IMG/VR virus record: IMGVR_UViG_3300005326_000106
Span: 1-28,852 of that record
Direction: 5' to 3' (one strand)
Origin: a virus
Lineage: Duplodnaviria > Caudoviricetes
DNA: 28,852 nt
A model generated the notes under the pieces. That model worked only from the letters and a program-made list of their open reading frames with translations, had not been told where the DNA came from and made no database searches. Shown in pieces: positions 7,597-14,531 of the stretch. How positions within the stretch are numbered: the stretch's first letter is position 1; each line of letters begins with the position of its first letter. The translations under genes and the position numbers were made by a program.

Positions 7597-9533
7597 TAAA
7601 ACCCCTGAAGCCGCAGCAATCCTTTGCTGGCCGGATCCATAAAAAGCATGTCTCCATGGCCGATCAGTTGCTCGGCGCCGCTTTCGTCCAGGATCACCCG
7701 GCTGTCGATCTGGCTTGCCGTCATCAAAGCGATCCGCGTGGTAATGTTGGCCTTAATCCGGCCGGTAACAACCTCAACGCGCGGCGTCTGCGTTCCAATG
7801 ACCAAGTGAATACCCACCGCCCGCGCTTTTTGTGCGATTTTGACGATAAGATTTTCAATGTCCAATCCGGACAATAAATCGTCCTTTCGCATCATCAGAT
7901 CCGCGAATTCGTCGATCACCACCACAATCTTGGATATTTTATCAGCGTGAGTTTGGTTGTAATAATACATATTCCGGCATCCGGACGCCTCAAGCATGCT
8001 GTACCGTTCTTCCATTTCGCCGCAAAGCCATTGCAAGGCCTTGGCGGCCTTTTCATCATCAACGATGATTGGTGCCAGCAAGTGCGGCAAATCTTTGAAC
8101 TGAGCGAATTCCACGCGCTTAGGATCGATTAAAATCATCTGGACCGCCTCAACCGGGTTGGTCATCGAAATCACCCTGATGATTGAATTAAGGATCACAC
8201 TCTTGCCCGCGCCGGTCGTCCCGGCAATCAGCAAATGCGGCATATCGTCCAAAGCTCGAATGATCGTATTGCCATAAACATCAACCCCGATCGGAATGTT
8301 AAGTTTTCCGTCATTAGGCATTTTCATTACCAGCTGGCCATCATTCAAAAGATCGATCTTGGTTTGATCCTTATTTGGTACTTCCACCCCGACCAGACTC
8401 GTCCCCATGATCGGCGCTTCGATACGGATGGTTTTAGCTTCCAACGCCAGCGCCAGATCCTTGGCGTGGTTCTCGTAAGCGCTCATCTTGGTGCCGCGCT
8501 GCGGCTTCATTGTGTAAAGCGTAACGCTGGCGCCGACGTGCGTTTTTTCCATTTGCACCGGCAAGGCAAACTCCTGAAGTTTCAGCCTGATCTTCTCTTC
8601 AGCCGGCAAGAAAGCGTTATCGATTTTAGTTGCGGCAGATTCAATGAATTTGCGCTCTTCGATCACCACCGGCGTATTCTTGTGCTCGATCATTAACGGC
8701 GTTTGAATGTCAATCAGATTCATCACATAATCCTTGAAGCTCTGATTTCCGTTCATCATGTCGCTAAAATTGGGAAGGTAGCGGCAATCAGGTCGGGCGA
8801 TCTCGGCCGTGCATTCGTTGTAAAGGTTATAAAAGGCCTGAAAATAATGCACATGCTTTTTATAATCAATCACGTATTGCTGCAACTGCGCCGTCTGGTC
8901 CTTGTTCTTGCTCAATTTATATTCGTCAAAAATCATCCGCCGCGGCGCCTTGCCAAAAACTTCTAAAACGACATGAAAGCTAAACATCGATTGCAGAAAA
9001 TACGCTGCGCTTTCCTCTTCCCGGTCGGTATATGACGAAATGAATTTGTGATCGTGAATATCGATCTCGCCATCCGCGTCTTGGTCGACAACATCGATTA
9101 TGCATTTAGCCGGCAGCGCCAATCGCACTTCGCCAACATGAATAAATACCGTTTCGTTTTTTTCGATACCGACAATTTTGTTGAATTTCGGCTTTTCGGT
9201 GAGGAAGATATTGAATCCATTCGTGAAATCCTTGAGGATCTTCTCGCGGCTGCCGGTCTTGCCAAAATCAATGTTCTCGTCCTGGACACCGAAAATATAC
9301 GCTTGCCCGAAATCGATCGCTTCGTTGATCTTTCCGTTTTCCAAGTATTTGGCGGCGGCGATATGACAGGCCTTGCCCACCACGCTGGCCGGTGAATTCG
9401 GATTATCCCAAACCTTCATCACATACTCCTTTTTCCACTGCATCCGATTGCGCAAGAACGAAAGCATCGAGCTGTAACTCCAATGATCGATAACGTAGGC
9501 CGCCGGCGATGCCGTTTGTAATTCTGTTTCCAT
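7590..9533 (-). CDS. PD-(D/E)XK nuclease fused to an FtsK/SpoIIIE motor domain
   Basis: N-terminal HWSYSS, GKACH, IEK and IIDVV...IHDHKF. C-terminal PHLLIAGTTGAGKS, LIDPKRVE, VIDEFADLMM, KARAVGIHLVIGTQ and DSRVILDESGAEQLIGHGDMLF. Confidence 0.9.
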   Translation of the reverse strand: METELQTASPAAYVIDHWSYSSMLSFLRNRMQWKKEYVMKVWDNPNSPASVVGKACHIAAAKYLENGKINEAIDFGQAYIFGVQDENIDFGKTGSREKILKDFTNGFNIFLTEKPKFNKIVGIEKNETVFIHVGEVRLALPAKCIIDVVDQDADGEIDIHDHKFISSYTDREEESAAYFLQSMFSFHVVLEVFGKAPRRMIFDEYKLSKNKDQTAQLQQYVIDYKKHVHYFQAFYNLYNECTAEIARPDCRYLPNFSDMMNGNQSFKDYVMNLIDIQTPLMIEHKNTPVVIEERKFIESAATKIDNAFLPAEEKIRLKLQEFALPVQMEKTHVGASVTLYTMKPQRGTKMSAYENHAKDLALALEAKTIRIEAPIMGTSLVGVEVPNKDQTKIDLLNDGQLVMKMPNDGKLNIPIGVDVYGNTIIRALDDMPHLLIAGTTGAGKSVILNSIIRVISMTNPVEAVQMILIDPKRVEFAQFKDLPHLLAPIIVDDEKAAKALQWLCGEMEERYSMLEASGCRNMYYYNQTHADKISKIVVVIDEFADLMMRKDDLLSGLDIENLIVKIAQKARAVGIHLVIGTQTPRVEVVTGRIKANITTRIALMTASQIDSRVILDESGAEQLIGHGDMLFMDPASKGLLRLQGFYC

Positions 9534-9535
9534 GT

Positions 9536-10390
9536 TTATTTGACCAACTTGCGCGGTCTCTTGGGCATCTCAACCTTTTCTCCCTCCACAATTTCCGCTT
9601 CTTTCGGAATAAAGTCATCCTCAGACTGCGGCGGATCGCTCTTCAATCCCAACGCCGCCGCCAAAGCGCTTTTTTTGGCGGTGATATTCGGTTCAACCGG
9701 TTTTATGTTTTCCGGTTTAGCATCAACGCTTGTCGGTTCATCCTTGACTTCCTGTTCAACTCCCACCGCCTCGATCTCTTCTTTGATCTGAATGCCGTGC
9801 AACGCGTCCGGAACGATAAACCGCGCCACCATGCCAAACACGCGATAGCGCAACATCGATTCCGGGAATTTAACCCAGACATCCTTGCTGGCTAATCCGC
9901 GTAATCTTGCTTGCTCGATCGTAAATGTCTGTTCAAAACTCGCGCCATTATCTTTGCGCGTGATCTTCACGGTTGCCGTCATGCCGTTGCATTCTCCCCA
10001 TTGAACGATATGCCCAGCGCGCACCACCTGCGAGATCACTGCTTCGCCATACATTGTCAGGCGGCCGTTAACGAAGTAATACGCCCCCAAAGATTCCAGC
10101 GGCTGCAATCCGGACTCATATCCGGCCTGCAGCACCATCATCAATTGCGGTGCGTTCTTGATCGTTGACGGCATCGCGCCGCAGCTGATCCACGTATCGG
10201 ACATGACCTTCATCATGTTCCAGCGCTTGGGATTCATCCAATCAAGCGCTTTGCTTTCCGCATCCCGAATATATTGTTCGGATGGCGCCCCGAGTTCGTT
10301 CATAACGTCCTTCTTCGCGGCCGGCGGCTGCGGAGATTGAATCACTCCTTCTCCGGTTGTGGCCGGATTCTGATTTTCGTTGTTTTCCAT
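9536..10390 (-). CDS. RecT/Red-beta-like single-strand annealing protein
   Basis: AGYESGLQPLESL..YYFVNGR and WVKFPESMLRYR...RFIVPDALHG, followed by a disordered acidic tail. Adjacent to a nuclease gene. Confidence 0.75.
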   Translation of the reverse strand: MENNENQNPATTGEGVIQSPQPPAAKKDVMNELGAPSEQYIRDAESKALDWMNPKRWNMMKVMSDTWISCGAMPSTIKNAPQLMMVLQAGYESGLQPLESLGAYYFVNGRLTMYGEAVISQVVRAGHIVQWGECNGMTATVKITRKDNGASFEQTFTIEQARLRGLASKDVWVKFPESMLRYRVFGMVARFIVPDALHGIQIKEEIEAVGVEQEVKDEPTSVDAKPENIKPVEPNITAKKSALAAALGLKSDPPQSEDDFIPKEAEIVEGEKVEMPKRPRKLVK

Positions 10391-10478
10391 TAGATTAAGG
10401 ATTCAACAACGGTGGTAAGCGGAACTGCCCCACCGCCGCTGTTGAATGTTCCCCTTTAGTTATTTACTCCGCGTTTCC

Positions 10479-10679
10479 CTAATAGTGAAAAATACTTAAC
10501 CTAAAAATATCTTCGTTGGCTTGATTTTCGGGACAAGGATTTACTGTCCGGATATAAACCTTTTCTCCAACACATAATTTATCTTTCGTAATGCTATCCC
10601 AATATTCTTGGCCAGCGGTAGAAAACAGATCGCCCGGATTAAGTTGTATCGCTTTAATTTTTGTTGCGACGATTTTCAT
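10479..10679 (-). CDS. Hypothetical protein
   Basis: 66 aa ORF with an A-rich start context. Confidence 0.6.
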   Translation of the reverse strand: MKIVATKIKAIQLNPGDLFSTAGQEYWDSITKDKLCVGEKVYIRTVNPCPENQANEDIFRLSIFHY

Positions 10680-10682
10680 TTT

Positions 10683-10808
10683 TTATTTGCTTATTCTTTC
10701 TTGATGATCCGCCGCGGCTTTGGTCCATTCATCCCGCGGCTGGCTGGTAACTATCAGCGCTAACGCTTCGGCAACCTTGCGTTGGCTTTCTTCTTCTTTT
10801 TTGGTCAT
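10683..10808 (-). CDS. Small hypothetical protein (41 aa)
   Basis: Manual translation MTKKEEESQRKVAEALALIVTSQPRDEWTKAAADHQERISK, tiled with 3-4 nt gaps. Confidence 0.55.
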   Translation of the reverse strand: MTKKEEESQRKVAEALALIVTSQPRDEWTKAAADHQERISK

Positions 10809-10812
10809 GTTA

Positions 10813-10893
10813 TTAACCCTGCACCTCCTTGCTCCTCCACAAATAAATTGCAGAGATTATCACTGTCGCAATACAAGCAATTTCAAGTACCAT
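10813..10893 (-). CDS. Small hydrophobic peptide (26 aa)
   Basis: Manual translation MVLEIACIATVIISAIYLWRSKEVQG; first ORF of the early operon. Confidence 0.45.
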   Translation of the reverse strand: MVLEIACIATVIISAIYLWRSKEVQG

Positions 10894-10973
10894 GGTTTTT
10901 GGGTGTTGCAAGAGTTTAATACAAGGCATTCGACATTTGTGCTCAGCGGCTTTCCTCCCGGCCGCCGAACTAT

Positions 10974-11107
10974 AAAAAAAGCCCCGCTTGGTTAGCGGGA
11001 CCTTTTTAGGTCCTTTTTAATTATATTGACTACTTATTCCACCACGTCTATCCCCATGTTCCTGGAATATCCGCGGATGGTTGTCATCAATAGAATTCGC
11101 TAACCAA
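10974..11107 (-). promoter_or_regulatory. Early-operon leader RNA with intrinsic terminator and alternative antiterminator fold
   Basis: Terminator GGUCCCGC-UAACCAA-GCGGGGCU followed by a U-run (11002-10974). The 5' segment UUGGUUAGCG (11107-11098) is the exact complement of CGCUAACCAA (10997-10988). Confidence 0.65.
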
Positions 11108-11126
11108 AATATACTCCAACAATTAC

Positions 11127-11171
11127 ACTTTACACCCTACATCTTAGCTGTCAAGTCCTTAGTTATCCACA
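11127..11171 (-). promoter_or_regulatory. Sigma70-type early promoter with adjacent DnaA box
   Basis: TTGACA (11154-11149), 16 nt spacer, TAAAGT. A consensus DnaA box TTATCCACA lies at 11163-11171 (+ strand), 8 bp upstream of the -35. Confidence 0.55.
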
Positions 11172-11329
11172 ACTTTTGACTTTACTTTTGCGGTTTTCCC
11201 CCTCTTTTTTCTTATTTGCGAATAATATTCAATGCCGCGTTGCGCTTTTAGCGCGTTGCCTGCCTTCACGGCGCGATCGTGAAAATATTCCTTTAGGACT
11301 TTCGCTTTGTCTTCAGCTGAAATTTCCAT
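11159..11329 (-). CDS. Small basic protein (56 aa) directly downstream of the integrase
   Basis: Manual translation MEISAEDKAKVLKEYFHDRAVKAGNALKAQRGIEYYSQIRKKRGKTAKVKSKVVDN; starts 4 nt after the integrase stop. Confidence 0.6.
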   Translation of the reverse strand: MEISAEDKAKVLKEYFHDRAVKAGNALKAQRGIEYYSQIRKKRGKTAKVKSKVVDN

Positions 11330-11333
11330 AGTT

Positions 11334-12314
11334 TTATGATATCAGCTTAACTGTTTCATCGCCTTTGTCAATCTGGCGACATAAGAATTTGTCGTATTGC
11401 TGATCAATTTTTTTTCCGAACAACCGTTCATATTGATAAGAACTCTGCAAACTTGCATGTCCCAAAACACTCGAAATTACGGCACATTCCGCGCCATTTT
11501 CCGTCAGATCGCGAGCCAGGGCGTGCCGCAGCGAATGTGAATTGAAAAGATAATTGAACCCGGCCATCCGCGAATAGCGCCGGTACCACTCCTCCATTGT
11601 CCTTGTCGTTACCCTTTTTAACGGCCCAACGTAACCTCGGTAGTTTTTCCGGCAATTGATGAATAGTGCATCCGGTTCGGTTACTCCCATTTCCTTAACC
11701 AGATTTTCTCGCGCCTTAAGCCATTTTTCAATGTGATCGGCTACCCGCGGATCCCGGTTCCAACGAACTCGCCGGATAGGACATTTACCCTTTGATTTCG
11801 ATGTGATGATCGTCGCTCCGTGCATGTCGTCATGTAGGCCGCTGATATCTAATCTACAAACTTCGGAGATTCTCATTCCGGATGCCCCTTGCGTCAAAAT
11901 GGCCGTTTTATTGCGGAAATGATAAAAATTGTTTTCCGGGATTGCCGCTAAAAACGTTTCGTAATCGTCACGATCGGCAACCCGCGGGAAAACAAATTTT
12001 TTCGGCCACAATGGAATCGATCGATAATTTAGAACATCGAAGCCATCATTATAATAAAACTCGAATAATTTCCGCAATGATACAGCTTTTTTTAAAACCG
12101 TATTCGGACTCATGAAATCCTCCGGATTCACTTTTATTTTTTTGCAGCGTTCCAGAAATCCCACAATATCACCCAGGGTCACATTTTCAATTTCCACGTC
12201 ACGCATATAAAGCGCAAAATACCCAAGATTAATGCTATCCATCTCCAGTGATGTTTTGACGACTTTCAAGTGCCGATAGTCCAAAAACTCGCTGATCGCG
12301 TCATATAATTTCAT
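11334..12314 (-). CDS. int: Tyrosine recombinase/integrase (XerC/D-like)
   Basis: Catalytic set GMRISE (R), SKSK (K), HSLRH, LGH and the Tyr in SYQY. Start reassigned to ATG 12314 (MKLYDAISEF). Confidence 0.92.
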   Translation of the reverse strand: MKLYDAISEFLDYRHLKVVKTSLEMDSINLGYFALYMRDVEIENVTLGDIVGFLERCKKIKVNPEDFMSPNTVLKKAVSLRKLFEFYYNDGFDVLNYRSIPLWPKKFVFPRVADRDDYETFLAAIPENNFYHFRNKTAILTQGASGMRISEVCRLDISGLHDDMHGATIITSKSKGKCPIRRVRWNRDPRVADHIEKWLKARENLVKEMGVTEPDALFINCRKNYRGYVGPLKRVTTRTMEEWYRRYSRMAGFNYLFNSHSLRHALARDLTENGAECAVISSVLGHASLQSSYQYERLFGKKIDQQYDKFLCRQIDKGDETVKLIS

Positions 12315-12316
12315 GT

Positions 12317-12404
12317 AAAAACGGCAAACCGCCGAGGCTAATCGACGGAATGCCGTGCGGAAATTCCGCACTTAAAGTTTAGCATAAACGTTGTTAGCCT
12401 CAAC
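12317..12404 (-). promoter_or_regulatory. Integrase leader RNA: terminator-like hairpin with upstream anti-loop segment
   Basis: Hairpin ACGGCA-UU-CCGUCGA-[UUAGCC]-UCGGCGG-UU-UGCCGU-UUUU lies just before the ATG. GUUGAGGCUAA (12404-12394) pairs with UUAGCCUCGGC. Confidence 0.6.
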
Positions 12405-12458
12405 CTGTGTTTTTCCACAAGTGATCCCTTCCGGGACAACGATGAATTAAATTGACCA

Positions 12459-12487
12459 CTTTATATCACTATTTGCGATTTTGTCAA
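12459..12487 (-). promoter_or_regulatory. Putative integrase promoter
   Basis: TTGACA (12487-12482), 16 nt spacer, TATAAA, immediately after a terminator. Confidence 0.55.
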
Positions 12488-12488
12488 C

Positions 12489-12509
12489 AAAAAAGCCCCG
12501 AAGGGCTTT
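12489..12509 (-). terminator. Intrinsic terminator
   Basis: AGCCC-UUCG-GGGCU followed by a U-run, just after the stop at 12522. Confidence 0.85.
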
Positions 12510-12521
12510 GTTGCGAGTATT

Positions 12522-13118
12522 TTATTTGTTTATCCCATTAGCCGGATTGAATTTATCAATTTCCTTGATATTCATTCCGCGCTCCTTAAAAATATTGTCT
12601 CGGATAATCACACCGAAAATAGGATAAATTTCGGCGAGATTGATCCCGGCATTAAATGCAAATGTTTTAGTTTCATTTTGTTCTTCAGGCGTAAATAATT
12701 CTTCAAAACATTCCTGCGCAATATCCATTGCCACAACTTGAATATCATAAGGATTTACCGGTTTCTTGGATTCCAATTTGGATTTTATATCCTGCCAATG
12801 ATTACTAATTTTCATTCCCGCCGATATCGCCTTTGCAATATCTTCTCCTTTAATGGTCAAACTAATCGGACTATGAGATTGAATAGTGCTTAGATGCGCT
12901 TGATAAAGCAAATCGGTAGTCGCACCAATTTTAGCCAAACTGTCTTTTATGGAATCAATACTTTTGTCTATTTTTTCGTTTTTGCCGTCAAAAATTTTAA
13001 ATTTTTGAACAATTCCACCGCATTTATATAACAAGACAAAAATAGCAATTAAAACAACTATTAAAGTAAAAACTGCGCCATTGAGTTGCTGCAAGACCTC
13101 CATAAATATCGCATCCAT
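12522..13118 (-). CDS. Membrane-anchored hypothetical protein (moron-like)
   Basis: N-terminal TM helix VFTLIVVLIAIFVLLY and a short coiled coil. AT-rich and flanked by terminators. Confidence 0.75.
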   Translation of the reverse strand: MDAIFMEVLQQLNGAVFTLIVVLIAIFVLLYKCGGIVQKFKIFDGKNEKIDKSIDSIKDSLAKIGATTDLLYQAHLSTIQSHSPISLTIKGEDIAKAISAGMKISNHWQDIKSKLESKKPVNPYDIQVVAMDIAQECFEELFTPEEQNETKTFAFNAGINLAEIYPIFGVIIRDNIFKERGMNIKEIDKFNPANGINK

Positions 13119-13276
13119 ATTTTTACTGTTATTTATATTTCTTACAAAAAATGCCCTTAATTCGGTATTAAAGAGCTCGCTGCATCGCGTAATTTAATAC
13201 TACTATGCAATCTATATTTTAGCAACGCATCGGCCAAAATTGGCCGTTTTTAAAGCGGAATTTTCGTAAAACGGCC

Positions 13277-13302
13277 AAAAAGCGACCTCCCGGCCGCCTT
13301 TT
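13277..13302 (-). terminator. Intrinsic terminator after the holin (end of late transcript)
   Basis: GCGGCC-GGGA-GGUCGC-UUUUU. Confidence 0.75.
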
Positions 13303-13318
13303 AATTGCTTATAATTGC

Positions 13319-13621
13319 CTATAATTTCGGTTCCATCCCCGCATCCGCCGCGTCATTCTTCGTGCTAATCCCCGCAATCGTGGTTTTGCCAAATTCCCAC
13401 AATCCGGTGCCGGCAAGACCACTCATGATCCCGGCCAGCGCGCCAAAAATTGACAGTTCGATAAGCAACAGCCCGAATCCCAATCCGACAATAAGCGAAA
13501 CTAGCGGCGCGAACCGGTCCGGAGTGTTCAATGCTTTTTTTATCACTTCTGTTACTCCGGTCGCAATCGGAGAAATTAATGTGGCAATAACTATCGCCGC
13601 CTGAATTGTTTCTGGTGTCAT
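13319..13621 (-). CDS. Holin (Hol118-like)
   Basis: TGVTEVIKKA...RFAPLVSLIVG...GIMSGLAGTGLWEFGK, with 2-3 hydrophobic segments, at the end of the late operon. Confidence 0.8.
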   Translation of the reverse strand: MTPETIQAAIVIATLISPIATGVTEVIKKALNTPDRFAPLVSLIVGLGFGLLLIELSIFGALAGIMSGLAGTGLWEFGKTTIAGISTKNDAADAGMEPKL

Positions 13622-13881
13622 TTTTTTGTGCGCGTTCGCATCGCGCGATTATTATTAGAGTCCAACGGCCGGCCCAAAAGAGGTGTTGGAATTGTTAAAG
13701 ATCTCGGACCGGCCGCTTTTCCCGCAAGCCGACAAAGCAATCGGCCGGCGGGAAAAACCTCGGAATCAAAATTGGATTTCACCTTTCTCGATTCCGAAAA
13801 ATAATAACAGTGGCGCGGCAAGCAACGATGCTTGCGTTTTTGCGGATCGATTGGCGATCCGTCAAGGCCGCATTGCCACAT
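13618..13881 (-). CDS. Hypothetical basic Cys/His-containing protein
   Basis: AAAGGTG upstream; the stop overlaps the holin ATG (ATGA). Confidence 0.5.
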   Translation of the reverse strand: MWQCGLDGSPIDPQKRKHRCLPRHCYYFSESRKVKSNFDSEVFPAGRLLCRLAGKAAGPRSLTIPTPLLGRPLDSNNNRAMRTRTKK

Positions 13882-13904
13882 ACCTATGCACCTTTCAGTA
13901 ATAT

Positions 13905-14033
13905 CTAGGCACCCCCTAGACCCTCAAATTCGATCAATCCCAGTACCACCTCGGACTTCGCCTTGCACTCCCTCTGCTTTTTCTCCCGGCCTGTACGTTC
14001 GTATTCATCCTTGATCTCCTGGTATGTCGCCAC
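13905..14033 (-). CDS. Small hypothetical protein (42 aa)
   Basis: GAGGTG, 6 nt spacer, GTG start; MATYQEIKDEYERTGREKKQRECKAKSEVVLGLIEFEGLGGA. Confidence 0.5.
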   Translation of the reverse strand: MATYQEIKDEYERTGREKKQRECKAKSEVVLGLIEFEGLGGA

Positions 14034-14057
14034 ATGGTTCACCTCGTAAAAGAACTA

Positions 14058-14330
14058 TTATTTTTCGTGCAGCGTAAGCAAACGCGCCACACTTAATTCC
14101 AACCCGATCGTCCGTCCATCCTGCACAGTATTGCGGGCTTCGATCGCCGCGATCGCCGTTTCAATATGCGCCAAATCATTGCTTTTAATGGTGTTTAACT
14201 GCTGCTGAATCAACGCCAGATTTTTATTGATATCCGCGTAACACATGATTATCGGAATCAAAAAGACGACAATCGCAATGACAAACTTCACATCCTGAAA
14301 ACTGATGAATTTGGGTTTTTCTGTTTCCAT
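14058..14330 (-). CDS. Membrane protein with coiled coil (possible lysis accessory)
   Basis: TM segment FVIAIVVFLIPIIMCY followed by heptad helices, upstream of the holin. Confidence 0.7.
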   Translation of the reverse strand: METEKPKFISFQDVKFVIAIVVFLIPIIMCYADINKNLALIQQQLNTIKSNDLAHIETAIAAIEARNTVQDGRTIGLELSVARLLTLHEK

Positions 14331-14331
14331 A

Positions 14332-14359
14332 TTGACAATTATTCGTTATTGGTTATAAT
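14332..14359 (+). promoter_or_regulatory. Consensus sigma70 promoter of the plus-strand moron
   Basis: TTGACA (14332-14337), 16 nt spacer, TATAAT (14354-14359). Confidence 0.8.
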
Positions 14360-14370
14360 CTTTTAATGGC

Positions 14371-14447
14371 TTCTACCAGAGCCAAAGCCAGTTTTTATCT
14401 GGCGGGAATTTCTGGTAGAATTCTCGCTAAATAAAAGCTGGTTTTTT
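14371..14447 (+). promoter_or_regulatory. Moron leader RNA: 25-bp hairpin plus U-run with upstream anti-loop segment
   Basis: Arms 14386-14410 and 14419-14443 (4 G-U pairs, 1 mismatch). TTCTACCAGA (14371-14380) is the exact complement of TCTGGTAGAA (14411-14420). Confidence 0.7.
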
Positions 14448-14531
14448 ATGTCAGATGAAACTTTAATTTTGGTCTTTGGGATTGCCCTGGCTTTGATAGC
14501 CGCCTCGAATCCCTGTAAATTTGGAATATGA
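14448..14531 (+). CDS. Small hydrophobic peptide (27 aa)
   Basis: MSDETLILVFGIALALIAASNPCKFGI. Its ATG directly follows the U-run and its stop overlaps ATG 14528. Confidence 0.5.
   Translation: MSDETLILVFGIALALIAASNPCKFGI

Noticed and set aside
4541-9533. HerA-type anti-phage defence system (e.g. Sir2-HerA)
   Set aside because: There is no Sir2, NurA or DUF4297-like partner next to the ATPase, and the context is a phage replication operon.
12315-12371. N-terminal extension of the integrase from GTG 12371
   Set aside because: It runs through the leader hairpin; MKLYDAISEF at 12314 fits integrase N-termini better.
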